Assembly (NCBI GenBank): GCA_046597605.1
Contig: JBKJKE010000008.1
Coordinates: 15,284 to 79,283 of the forward strand
DNA: 64,000 bases
Reading direction: 5' to 3'
Origin: Limisphaerales bacterium
GTDB lineage: Bacteria > Verrucomicrobiota > Verrucomicrobiia > Limisphaerales > JACDHS01
Every line of letters begins with the position of its first letter. Positions within the stretch are counted from its first letter, which is position 1. Positions 38,666 through 47,980 of this stretch are shown piece after piece. A program made the position numbers and the translations under genes. The notes below the pieces were generated by a model. The model made no database searches, was not told where the DNA came from, and saw only the letters and a program-made list of their open reading frames with translations.

Positions 38666-39640
38666 GTGAGTGATGATGTGCGCGACGGTGAAGTTCAAGA
38701 CGAGTGGATTGCCAGTTTCCTACAGCACCTTGCCACAGATCGCGGCGCCTCGATTTTTACCCAGCGCAATTACCGCGAGGCTCTCACTGAGTTTTTCTGT
38801 TTTTACCGAGAGGAGCGGAAGACCTCTCCTGATTGGAAAACCTTACAACGCGACGATTTCCGGGCCTATCTTCGTTTTCTGGGTCGCGGCGGGCGGAGTC
38901 GCGCTTCCATCCAACTTCGATTTAGCGCGTTCCGTACATTTTACAAGTTCATGATCCGGCGCGGACATGTGGTTTCAACGCCGATTAAAAACATCCTGCT
39001 TCCGAAACCGGAGAGGCGGTTGCCGAAATTCCTGACCGCAGATCAAATGCTGGCGCTTCTGCATGCTCCTTTGAAGAAGTATGAAGAACTTAGCAAAGTC
39101 GCCCAGGAAAAGAGCGGCAGAAAAATCGACTCTGCTCCCTACTATCGTGATGTGGCTATCCTGGAAACCATTTACTCCTGCGGATTGCGTATCAGTGAAC
39201 TCTGCGGCCTGCTGGCAGAGGATATCGACTGGAGCGAATACTCTGTGCGCGTGCGCGGAAAGGGAAAGAAAGAGCGGGTCGTTCCCATTGGAGAACCTGC
39301 CATGAAATCCATTCAAGTTTACTGGCAAAAATTGCCTGCATTTCCCAAGGGAGAAGCGCCTGCGTTTTATGCTGATTTCGAAAAGGCCGCACCCGTTTAC
39401 CCTCGATCGATTCAACAAAATTTGAAGACCTACCTCGAACAGGCGGGCCTGGACCCGGGGCTGACCCCGCACAAGTTGCGTCACAGTTATGCTACCCACC
39501 TTCTCAATGCTGGAGCGGACTTGCGCAGTGTGCAGGAGTTATTGGGCCACGCCCATCTGGTCACGACGCAGATTTATACACATGTCACGATCGATAGACT
39601 GAAGCAGGCTTATGAAGGCGCGCATCCGCGAGCGAAATAA
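38666..39640 (+). CDS. Tyrosine recombinase, XerC/XerD type
   Basis: N-terminal SAM-like core-binding domain (FLQHLATDRGASIFTQRNYREAL). Catalytic residues in context: GLRISEL, GKGKKERVVP, HKLRHSYATHLL, LLGHAHLVTTQIYTHV. Confidence 0.9.
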   Translation: MSDDVRDGEVQDEWIASFLQHLATDRGASIFTQRNYREALTEFFCFYREERKTSPDWKTLQRDDFRAYLRFLGRGGRSRASIQLRFSAFRTFYKFMIRRGHVVSTPIKNILLPKPERRLPKFLTADQMLALLHAPLKKYEELSKVAQEKSGRKIDSAPYYRDVAILETIYSCGLRISELCGLLAEDIDWSEYSVRVRGKGKKERVVPIGEPAMKSIQVYWQKLPAFPKGEAPAFYADFEKAAPVYPRSIQQNLKTYLEQAGLDPGLTPHKLRHSYATHLLNAGADLRSVQELLGHAHLVTTQIYTHVTIDRLKQAYEGAHPRAK

Positions 39641-39689
39641 ACCCTTGCCAAACGGGGGGGGAGCGGTGGATATTCTCGGCGCTTCTGGA

Positions 39690-39772
<83 letters not shown>

Positions 39773-40153
39773 AATCTTCAATAGAATCAGGGGCTTTACT
39801 GCTGTTTGATCAGCTCAAAAAGCATTGAAATAAATCTGCAAAAAGATCTGTCTGTCCGAGTTTTGTCCGGTTTTTAGGCTTTTGGGAGGCGGGGGGGGTG
39901 GGTTTTCAAATTCTCTTTCTCAGCTAATGGAAACCGGGGGTGGACCAGCCGATTCACATTAAATAAGCGTCTCAAAGAATGTTTCTTTGCAGTCCATGGC
40001 CAAATTCCAGTTGACACCAAACGGCTAAACCTCGTTAGCAGCAGCCAATTCCAACGATTACGACTATCTGGCAAAGAATGAGTTTCGCCTCAAAAACAGA
40101 TCAATCGGTGAAACGTCCCAAATAGCTCGTTTTTACCCTATAGGTCTCTACTA

Positions 40154-41197
40154 ATGGCTGGCACCCGCGCATCCGCGCGTCTTCTTACAATGAAAGATAA
40201 AATCGGAAAAACCAAAGCAGCTCCAAAAAAATGGGTGACGATCACAGAAAAAGATGTTTTCGAACACTTAGAACCCGAGCAGCGAAAAGAGGTTCGCCGT
40301 AAGTTGCACGTCCTGAAGACGCGAAAAACTAAAAATGCGGAGGAACGAGAGTTCCTTGCTCAGGATGACGCTCGAAAATGGAACGAATACTATTCGAAAT
40401 CCCGCGAGCTTTATGATGAGAAGGCTTTCTTTGCTGCGATGCAGACCATCCACCAAACCATGAAACACGCGGAATGGTTTGCTGCGAACACACCCTATCC
40501 TTTTGCCAAAAACTATCACTCTCCTATTCTGAGCCTCGCTAGTGTTTCATGTAGATACTTGCGCAAATTGGCCACCCTGGGGAACGAGCACGCCATCCGA
40601 GAAATCGGCCAAATTGCCGTTGCAGTGTGTGAAACGTTGGACGAGCTAATCTGCAAGGATTCCAAGAATGCTGAGGGAAACGCAGAGAAGATGAGTTACT
40701 CAGCAGCACAACTTCCTTATTGGCCGATGCTCCACTTCAAGCACACAGCCGGAAACAATCATTTTCCCCGAGTAGCAGAGCGATTACGCCTTGGAAGCAG
40801 TTGTTATATTAATGTATCCGAAACCGCAAATTACAGCCTGCAAACGCCCATAAATGCATTTGTTTGGCAGTGCCTGAGGGAGTTTCAAGATTTTCACCAA
40901 AGAATCTACTGGGCGCAACGTCATCAAGAATCGTTGGATGGCGCATTGGCAAATTATGGATGTTCACAGGAAGAAATCGAAATTTACAGGAAGAGCTTCC
41001 AATTGCCTCCTCTCACCAAGTCCAATTCCCTGAGCTGGGCTGATACAGCCCTGATGCCTTACATTAGATTGAAGTTCCCGAGTTTGCTGGATGTCCCCGC
41101 CTTCACGGGAATTAACACCGGACCAAACGGTCGCCGCTACGCACCTGCCCGAAAAGCAGTGATTCAGGCTCTTAAATCGCTAGCGCGGTCAGAGTAG
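40154..41197 (+). CDS. Hypothetical protein (island cargo)
   Basis: 347-aa ORF with a Lys-rich N-terminus and no motif I can name. The start may be ATG 40190 (MKDKIGKTK). Confidence 0.55.
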   Translation: MAGTRASARLLTMKDKIGKTKAAPKKWVTITEKDVFEHLEPEQRKEVRRKLHVLKTRKTKNAEEREFLAQDDARKWNEYYSKSRELYDEKAFFAAMQTIHQTMKHAEWFAANTPYPFAKNYHSPILSLASVSCRYLRKLATLGNEHAIREIGQIAVAVCETLDELICKDSKNAEGNAEKMSYSAAQLPYWPMLHFKHTAGNNHFPRVAERLRLGSSCYINVSETANYSLQTPINAFVWQCLREFQDFHQRIYWAQRHQESLDGALANYGCSQEEIEIYRKSFQLPPLTKSNSLSWADTALMPYIRLKFPSLLDVPAFTGINTGPNGRRYAPARKAVIQALKSLARSE

Positions 41198-41425
41198 CCT
41201 AAGCATGGGCTGGGTTAACCTACGGCATAGCTGACAGATTCTCCTACCGGAGCGAATCCGATATTCGGATCGGATGAAAAAGAAAAAAGCGAAGCCTCAA
41301 AATGTCAAAAATCGGAAGCGGAAGAAATCGCGACGCAAGCGACAGGCAACTTGGAAGAAGATTTTGCTGAATGCGGCCGTCGTTGGACTAAAATGGCTAC
41401 TGGATCGACACGATGGGCGAATTTC

Positions 41426-41704
41426 CTAAACCGCTGAATTGCCCTTGAAGAAGGCTTTCATAGTCTCTTTCGCCTGCTCTCCTTGCGGCAATAACGTTTC
41501 TACAGGCACTCGGAGAGAGTGGGCCAGGCAGAGAAGCTCGCAGTCGGCAACCCATCGAATTTGAGTTTCGATTTTGGCTAGTGTTTCACGGCTCAGATCC
41601 CAGCCCAGCAAATGGCACCTCGCTGCGAGCATCGGTTGGGTTAAACCGTGTTGCTCTCTCAGTTGTTTTATCCGAGGCCCAACTATGTTTCGCGGCCGGG
41701 TCAT
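41426..41704 (-). CDS. XRE-family helix-turn-helix transcriptional regulator
   Basis: IKQLREQHGLTQPMLAARCHLLGWDLSRETLAKIETQIRWVADCELLCLAHSLRVPVETLL is a typical Cro/C1-type HTH. Divergent from the 41778 gene. Confidence 0.8.
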   Translation of the reverse strand: MTRPRNIVGPRIKQLREQHGLTQPMLAARCHLLGWDLSRETLAKIETQIRWVADCELLCLAHSLRVPVETLLPQGEQAKETMKAFFKGNSAV

Positions 41705-41777
41705 AGTTCCGAATTCAGAACTTGACCGTACATGCGATTGGCCGTGCTATGGTTCGGAATTCAGAACGGCCAGACTT

Positions 41778-43025
41778 ATGAATGCCCCATATCTAAAATG
41801 TCACTGCTTCCACTGTGGCGGCGGAATTGAATTTAACGCGAGCGATGTTGGAGCATGTGTCGAGTGTCCACATTGCCAGCAAGAAACGTCACTTAAAAAT
41901 CCGCCCGTTGAAAAGTCCGAAAAGCCTATGCTCTGGAAAGTCATCTCCTTATGCATGCTTGTCGCGATAATTGTTGGTTTTCTTGGAATGCCATTGCTTC
42001 GAAAGGATGCAAAAAACGGGGGAGCCAAAAGTTCCGCTGCTGTTTACCAAGCTGCGCGAGTTTCGGGACAGGTCTTTATTGTCCAACAGAATCGTGAAAC
42101 GGTGAAAATGAGCATGGTAGCGGTGCAAGTGGTCAATACCAGAACTGCAAACGCACGACTGGCAGAGAGGCGGATACAGGCGCGAGACAATTTGACTAAA
42201 TTGGAAGCGCAACAAGCGAAAATCAATTTGAAGCTGCCTTACCTGCAGAAGCTTCAGCCCCTGCTTCGAACAAGCGCGAGCCAAAAAGAGCGACTCGCGC
42301 AGCAAGCAATAGAACTGATCCGAATCTACCAAAACGGCGCGACCAGCACGGAGATTCCTGAGTTCTACCGTAAGGATTATAGAACGAAGCTTACAGGGGC
42401 GCAGGCTTCTTATAGTCGCGCCAAATCCGAGTATCAGGCGGCGGTAGCCCAATCAGACAAAACAGATTCAGAATTGGAGCGGTTGGAATCTGAATTAAAA
42501 GATGTGGAAGCGAGAATCAGCTACTGGAGCAGCCCTGCAATCTACTTTGACACAGCCTGGCCCAACGTGATTGCGGAGACAACTACAGACGCTGACGGCA
42601 AGTTTATGCTCGAACTACCGAGCGAGGGAGAATTTACCATCACGGCACACACGTCTCGTCTGACAACAGACGGTAAAGAATCTTTTGGATGGCTTGTTCC
42701 TGTTCGGGCCGGCAGCGGAGACATCCTGCTCAACAACAATAATTTGGCCGTCTTGCCACCAGAAAATCCGGATGAACTAATTGCAAATGCAACGACCGGG
42801 AACAGTGATGCACAATTTCGCTTGGCAGTTCTGCATCTCACAGGAAACGGCGCGCTACAAGACTCGATTGAAGCATACAAATGGCTTACCATTGCCGCGA
42901 CAGGCGGAAACGCTTTGGCCGAAGGATTGCGCAACGATGTGTCTCAAACTTTGAATCAAAGCGAGCAAAACGAGGGCAAGAGGAGAGCCTTGGCCTTCAT
43001 GAATGCAAAGGCTCCGCCACTGTAG
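41778..43025 (+). CDS. Membrane-anchored zinc-ribbon / coiled-coil / beta-sandwich / Sel1-repeat protein (island cargo)
   Basis: ATG 41778 (the track start 41574 overlaps the XRE gene). CFHCGGGIEF-x10-CPHC ribbon. TM helix WKVISLCMLVAIIVGFLGMPLL. Long coiled coil. DADGKFMLELPSEGEFTITAH beta-sandwich motif. C-terminal Sel1-like AQFRLAVLHLTGNGALQDSIEAYKWLTIAATGG. Confidence 0.7.
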   Translation: MNAPYLKCHCFHCGGGIEFNASDVGACVECPHCQQETSLKNPPVEKSEKPMLWKVISLCMLVAIIVGFLGMPLLRKDAKNGGAKSSAAVYQAARVSGQVFIVQQNRETVKMSMVAVQVVNTRTANARLAERRIQARDNLTKLEAQQAKINLKLPYLQKLQPLLRTSASQKERLAQQAIELIRIYQNGATSTEIPEFYRKDYRTKLTGAQASYSRAKSEYQAAVAQSDKTDSELERLESELKDVEARISYWSSPAIYFDTAWPNVIAETTTDADGKFMLELPSEGEFTITAHTSRLTTDGKESFGWLVPVRAGSGDILLNNNNLAVLPPENPDELIANATTGNSDAQFRLAVLHLTGNGALQDSIEAYKWLTIAATGGNALAEGLRNDVSQTLNQSEQNEGKRRALAFMNAKAPPL

Positions 43026-43033
43026 AGAGCGAG

Positions 43034-43855
43034 TCAGTCAGTAAGATAGGCTTCGTTCTTTTCTGCACGTTTACTGGGTTCACAGAACCGTAGCACTGCG
43101 AAATTACACTCCTGAATTCGATCAACAATACGATCTCCAAGGGCCTCTTTAAGTTTTTCTTCTGGTAGGTTGCTGGTCAAAATTGTCGGCAGCCTGTTCG
43201 CGTATCGTTCGTTAAGAATATCGTAGATCAAAGGTTCTTCATCCCGCCCCCCCACACTGACCCCGACTTCATCTACGGCCAGCAGCGAAGTTCTCATGCA
43301 GCGTTCGCGCATATCTTCTGCCCGCTGGTCCCGGTACGTTGCGCGGTGTTTAGCAAGTAACTGGCTTTGAGTTAAGAACAGCCCTTTGCCGTGCAGTTGC
43401 AGTATTGCCGATGCAATGTGAGTCTTGCCGGTCCCTTTGTCTCCGAGCAGGAGCAAAAATCCTTTAGGTTTAGCTGCGTATGCGCGGCAGTGGTGGAGGT
43501 TGAGGTTACAAGTAGGGTTACAATACCGGAGCTGATCCAGAGTGGCGCCCACATACTTGGCCTGGATCCCACGATCTCTCCAATAAATGACTAATGCATG
43601 CCGCTTTCTTTCACCTTCGCAGATCTGGCACGGCAAGTAATACGATTGAAACACCTTCGCCTGCCAGTTTTCGCGAGTGGTCTTTTCAAAATCTATGCCC
43701 GATTGTGTTTGATGCGTGGGGCACTTCGCCGATTGCGGTTGCTCAGCTAGCCACTTTTGCAAGTCCGTCTCAAATTGTAGTTGTCGTTCACGCATGAGGC
43801 GAAATCTTTCCTCAATGCCTTCTATCGTTCGATTGATTGGTTCCGTTGCACTCAT
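43034..43855 (-). CDS. DnaC/IstB-like AAA+ ATPase (replication helper)
   Basis: Walker A LLLLGDKGTGKTH, Walker B LLAVDEVG, sensor TILTSN. N-terminal Cys-containing region. Confidence 0.8.
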   Translation of the reverse strand: MSATEPINRTIEGIEERFRLMRERQLQFETDLQKWLAEQPQSAKCPTHQTQSGIDFEKTTRENWQAKVFQSYYLPCQICEGERKRHALVIYWRDRGIQAKYVGATLDQLRYCNPTCNLNLHHCRAYAAKPKGFLLLLGDKGTGKTHIASAILQLHGKGLFLTQSQLLAKHRATYRDQRAEDMRERCMRTSLLAVDEVGVSVGGRDEEPLIYDILNERYANRLPTILTSNLPEEKLKEALGDRIVDRIQECNFAVLRFCEPSKRAEKNEAYLTD

Positions 43856-43856
43856 A

Positions 43857-44363
43857 TTAAAATTTTTTGTAAGCAGGAACAGCCTGCTTCTTAGGAGCTA
43901 ATTCATTTATTTGTTCTGAATTTCTTCTTATGTCGGTCACGTCCCCTGTATTCGCTGGTGACGGAACGATTGGACTCATTGGCTTAGCGTTCGGACTTGG
44001 TGACGTAACCGCGAGAAGGGTATAGTTACTCGGCGCTCTCAGATTGGGCGTCGACACTCGAATCAGTTCAATTTCCTCTAAAATTTTCAGGCGTCGCTGA
44101 ACTGTCTTGATCGATACTCCGCTGTTTTGCGCGATGTAGCTGTGCGTGGTTTGAAAGACCTCTGATTCCTTGTTGGAAGCTATTTCGCAAAGTGCGAGGT
44201 AAACTGCCAGCGCCGAAGAAATTGCGTTATCACGGTCGAACGCCTCACGAATTTTGCGAAGTGCGCGCTTGTCCATCCAACACCAAGCAACACCATTTCC
44301 CTTCTTGAGTTCTCGATGCTGCTGGAATGGGCGTCCTGATGGATTTGAGCAATCTTCGATCAC
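43857..44363 (-). CDS. Winged-helix DNA-binding protein, probable replication initiator of the element
   Basis: ALAVYLALCEIASNKESEVFQTTHSYIAQNSGVSIKTVQRRLKILEEIELIRV. Its stop is 1 nt from the DnaC-like start. Confidence 0.55.
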   Translation of the reverse strand: MIEDCSNPSGRPFQQHRELKKGNGVAWCWMDKRALRKIREAFDRDNAISSALAVYLALCEIASNKESEVFQTTHSYIAQNSGVSIKTVQRRLKILEEIELIRVSTPNLRAPSNYTLLAVTSPSPNAKPMSPIVPSPANTGDVTDIRRNSEQINELAPKKQAVPAYKKF

Positions 44364-44422
44364 AAGGGGTTCCTGTCGGGAAAAGGGCTACAATGAGCGC
44401 AGCGGATTCGTGCATCAGCCGA

Positions 44423-44614
44423 TTAACTTTCTAGCGCGAGAACGTCTTCCAACCGATAACGCAGTAGCCGACCGTTGAATCGGATTGGCTTTAGGTCCGT
44501 TCGCCGTGCGATTGTGTGAATGCAAACGTTCCACCTTTCAGCCACTTGTTTGCGGGTAAGCAGTTTGGAGTATTCGGGGAGACTAGCGGGTTCGTTTTGT
44601 AATGTTCGTTTCAT
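44423..44614 (-). CDS. Excisionase/AlpA-type helix-turn-helix protein
   Basis: LLTRKQVAERWNVCIHTIARRTDLKPIRFNGRLLRYRLEDVLALE resembles the Xis/MerR-type HTH_17 pattern. ATG 44614 is preferred over the track start 44683. Confidence 0.65.
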   Translation of the reverse strand: MKRTLQNEPASLPEYSKLLTRKQVAERWNVCIHTIARRTDLKPIRFNGRLLRYRLEDVLALES

Positions 44615-44716
44615 AACTTTTGCAAACAGCGCGGTCGTGCGCTGAATTGCACAGAATGAACACGAAATGTTCGTTACCCTCACTGGGGAGAATGTTGCGG
44701 TAGTTTATCACCCCAC

Positions 44717-45535
44717 CTATCGCTTTGCCTTCGTGACAGCCGAGAGTGGCTGTTCTGCTTTCGGCAGAAACGGGAATAGCTCGTAAAAGTCCTGCGCGGC
44801 CTCTACTCTTCTCGCGTATAGCTCACGTTCTTGCGAGTCTTGGGTGTCTTTACCCTTAGCCCTCTCTTTCGGTCCAAACCGATGCCAAGCAACAGGAAAG
44901 CATTCCTTCATGTCCGCTAGGAGGGAATGATGTAACAAACGCATGATTGCCAAGTTATCCAATTTGCGAAGCCAACTGGTTGCCTTTGTACGTCCCGTCC
45001 GCTTTCTGAACCCGATTTTATCTGGCCGATTGTCGGCGACCCACTTTTTGAATGAATCTACGATTTCTGCATCCGTGTAAAAGGCCCAATCAATTTCAAC
45101 TGCGGCTCGTTCCCGACCTGACTCGCAATCAATGCCCGTTCGTTCGTCTCCCCGACTGATTATTTCCTGTTTCATTCGGCCAGTATCCGCAGATACAAAA
45201 GCCGGAAGTCGAAATGCTCCCGCCGAAAGCGATTGGAAATCGTTGCAGACATGTTCCCGCCATTTTGGGTTTAGGTCTTGCCAGGCGTACGAAAATAACT
45301 TTGAACCGGTGACGGCGGGCCACACAAGAGGGCTCGGCAAAGATAGCAACACGCCATTGACCCTCGCGGCGTAATGAAATCCTTTCGGAAGAAACGGGGC
45401 CTGCGCCTCGCCTTCATAATGCGCGATGATAGAAGGCGACTCCCGCGCATACTCATAAATGCAACAAGCGATAATCTCCCTCTCGGTTGCTTTTGCCAAC
45501 GGCTGAAAATCCCAATCATGCTTCGAAATGCTCAT
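44717..45535 (-). CDS. Hypothetical protein (island)
   Basis: 272-aa ORF whose start overlaps the integrase stop by 4 nt. No recognisable motif. Confidence 0.55.
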   Translation of the reverse strand: MSISKHDWDFQPLAKATEREIIACCIYEYARESPSIIAHYEGEAQAPFLPKGFHYAARVNGVLLSLPSPLVWPAVTGSKLFSYAWQDLNPKWREHVCNDFQSLSAGAFRLPAFVSADTGRMKQEIISRGDERTGIDCESGRERAAVEIDWAFYTDAEIVDSFKKWVADNRPDKIGFRKRTGRTKATSWLRKLDNLAIMRLLHHSLLADMKECFPVAWHRFGPKERAKGKDTQDSQERELYARRVEAAQDFYELFPFLPKAEQPLSAVTKAKR

Positions 45536-46938
45536 GCCGCTTCATTGGCTGCGTTTTCCGTTTTTGGTTGCTCCTGCATCAAATTGGAGATCGCTAGGAA
45601 TGTTGGTTTCTTTTTGTCTATGTAGAACTCGCGGGTGAGATTGATGGAGCTATGACGCAACGCGACGCTTGCGGCGTAAATTCCGGCCTGGGCGCAAATC
45701 TGCGATCCAAACTCTTTTCTGAGTGCGTGAAGCGCATTTCGCGCGGTCAAACCTTTTCCCCGCAACCATTGAACCGCTTCATTAAACAAACGATTGCATC
45801 GGTAATGATGGTTTCGGGTGCTTCCGGCCTTCGGTTGGACATCAGATCGAATGACAAACGGAGAACCGTGCCCCGGTTTCGGCATGTATGTTTTGAGTAT
45901 CTGCAACAACCCCGGGTCAACGTCAATGTCAGCTTCGGATTCAGCAGACTTGGTGCTGCCATGCTCTGTGGTCTCTACTCGGATGGCATGTCTCTGCCAC
46001 TGAATCTGCCTCCATTGCAACTTGTCGATTTCATTCCGTCTCAACCCTGCCCCCAGAGCCAAAAGCACGATCTTGAACAGTTCCGGACGTGGCTCACCAA
46101 TCTTACCCTCGCCTAAGTGTCCTTCCTCCAATTCTCGTTTCGCGGACATCAGTATGAGGGCAGGTTCAATTTCCGATTTGTAGCGCGATTTGCCAGCGTC
46201 TGGAAGTGCCACGCCTTCGAGCGGCAAGGGGGATGGCAGACGCACTGTTAGGTGCTTCCGGATGGCCGGAGTAAAGAGTGCCTTGCTCGAAAGGAGTATG
46301 CTGCGGATTGTAACGCCGGTTCGTTTGAGTTGTAGCGGGTTTTTGCTAGCTGCTTTCAACTCGCAAATTTTCCAGTCATTGATTTTTTCCGGAGTCAGCT
46401 TGTCCAAACGAACGGAGCAAACTTTGTCGAGCCACTGTTTGTAGCCGCCATTGACGTAATCGTGCTTGGCCTTTCCCCCTTCGATCTTGAAGGCTCCTGC
46501 AACAAGCGAGCGAAATTTCTTTGCGTAAATCTCATACGTAACGGGCTTCAAGCCACTAACCGCCTTCACTTGGTCCAAGAACTCGCCAACTGTGCAACCA
46601 TCCTTTGCTACTTCCATCCCAGGTTTGTATTTGGCGAGGGTATGCGTCCAGCCTTGGGTAATCAGATTCAGATAAATGTCTTTGGCCTTCACCGCCGCAT
46701 CGGCCTTGTTCGCTGTATCCAGGTTGAACCATGCCTCTTTTCCCAAATGGGTGATTCGAACCTGCCACGTTGGAATTACAACCGTTTCGCCATCGCGGGA
46801 TTGGTAAGAGCGTTTCTTAAGTCGAGCCTGCCAGTAGTCCTGATGGGTTTTGGGCAAGCGAGTCACCTTCGCTGTCCGCGACTGTCCGCCTTCTGTCCGT
46901 TTCTGGCTGTCCTGAGTTGTCATAAACTGTTCTTTCAA
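45532..46938 (-). CDS. int: Tyrosine-type site-specific integrase
   Basis: Catalytic-domain residues in context: GAGLRRNEI (Arg), HALRKEFGS (His-x-x-Arg), LRHSSINLTREFY (His...Tyr). Located about 95 bp from attR. Confidence 0.9.
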   Translation of the reverse strand: MKEQFMTTQDSQKRTEGGQSRTAKVTRLPKTHQDYWQARLKKRSYQSRDGETVVIPTWQVRITHLGKEAWFNLDTANKADAAVKAKDIYLNLITQGWTHTLAKYKPGMEVAKDGCTVGEFLDQVKAVSGLKPVTYEIYAKKFRSLVAGAFKIEGGKAKHDYVNGGYKQWLDKVCSVRLDKLTPEKINDWKICELKAASKNPLQLKRTGVTIRSILLSSKALFTPAIRKHLTVRLPSPLPLEGVALPDAGKSRYKSEIEPALILMSAKRELEEGHLGEGKIGEPRPELFKIVLLALGAGLRRNEIDKLQWRQIQWQRHAIRVETTEHGSTKSAESEADIDVDPGLLQILKTYMPKPGHGSPFVIRSDVQPKAGSTRNHHYRCNRLFNEAVQWLRGKGLTARNALHALRKEFGSQICAQAGIYAASVALRHSSINLTREFYIDKKKPTFLAISNLMQEQPKTENAANEAA

Positions 46939-47032
46939 TATTCCACCGCGAGGCCGTCAGTATTGGTTAAATACGCATTCCTACTGAACAGAAGTGAATT
47001 GTGAAGAAAAGTTGAGAACGGTCAAGAGAAGA

Positions 47033-47085
47033 ACTGAAAATCCTTGTGTCCCCGGTTCGATTCCGGGTCCTGCCACCACTTTCAG
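47033..47085 (+). repeat. attR: duplicated tRNA-Phe 3' half
   Basis: Same 53-mer as 39720-39772. No 5' tRNA half precedes it, so it is a remnant target duplication and not a second tRNA. Confidence 0.9.
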
Positions 47086-47293
47086 CCAAGCCCGCAAACG
47101 GTTTCCATACTTTGACTAAGTCCGGTCCCGCCGCTCGTTAGCCCTATTTTGTGCGATGTGAATACTGGTATCTCCTGTGCCTGACTATGCTTCCGCTCCA
47201 GAGACCTTGGTTTAAATCTCAACGAACGGCGGTGATGAAGCGTCCAGAAGAACTTAACCGCCTTTAAAATTTCGACGATTGGGGATCAAGACT

Positions 47294-47980
47294 CTAAGCC
47301 CCCTTTTGTGCTTCGATCCACTGAACCGTATAACGGATTAATTCAGCGGCCGTTTTCAGCTTTAGCTTTGCCTTCACATTCATGCGATGGACTTCCACCG
47401 TTTTTGCGCTGATATGCAATTTTGCGGCAATATCCTTCGTCCCCAAACCTAACCCAAACAGTTGGAAAACTTCGAACTCTCTATCCGTCAGATTTTCCAC
47501 GGGCGATGCAGACGCTCCACCGCGCATACCCGAAAATATCTCGAGAATCTTGGCGGACATCTTTTCACTGACGTAAATCTGCCCGCTCAGGACCTGGCGA
47601 ATGCCTTCCATGATTTTTTTGCCGCCTGCCTGCTTCATGATGTAGCCACGCCCCCCCGCCCTGAGCACTCGCTCTGCATACATGTTTTCGTCATGCATCG
47701 AAATAACCAGCACACTCAGTTTCGGATCCATTGCTAACAAATCTTTAATTAGTTCCAGGCCGTTCTTGTCGGGGAGGGTTATGTCAGCCAATACCAGTTC
47801 CGGTTGCCTGCTTTTGAATAGCTCCACTGCCTCTGCCGCACTTTCGGCTTCACCACAAACTACAAGGTCCGGTTCATTGCCGATAATTTGACGCAGTCCT
47901 TCCCTCATCATGGGATGATCATCCACCAGGAGAATCTTGCGCCTCTCGTTCCCTGCGGCCTTTTTTGTTTTTGCCGTCAT
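47294..47980 (-). CDS. NarL/FixJ-type response regulator (REC + LuxR HTH)
   Basis: KILLVDDHPMMREGL..LVLADITLPDKNGLELI. C-terminal LTDREFEVFQLFGLGLGTKDIAAKLHISAKTVEVHRMNV. Confidence 0.93.
   Translation of the reverse strand: MTAKTKKAAGNERRKILLVDDHPMMREGLRQIIGNEPDLVVCGEAESAAEAVELFKSRQPELVLADITLPDKNGLELIKDLLAMDPKLSVLVISMHDENMYAERVLRAGGRGYIMKQAGGKKIMEGIRQVLSGQIYVSEKMSAKILEIFSGMRGGASASPVENLTDREFEVFQLFGLGLGTKDIAAKLHISAKTVEVHRMNVKAKLKLKTAAELIRYTVQWIEAQKGA

Noticed and set aside
38666-39640. Xer-type recombinase as part of the tRNA-Phe island
   Set aside because: It lies outside the 53-bp direct repeats, upstream of the intact tRNA. It has a housekeeping XerC/D-like sequence, and the island has its own integrase next to attR.
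47033-47085. A second tRNA-Phe gene
   Set aside because: Only the 3' half (anticodon loop to CCA) is present, with no acceptor 5' strand or D-arm. It is the att duplication.
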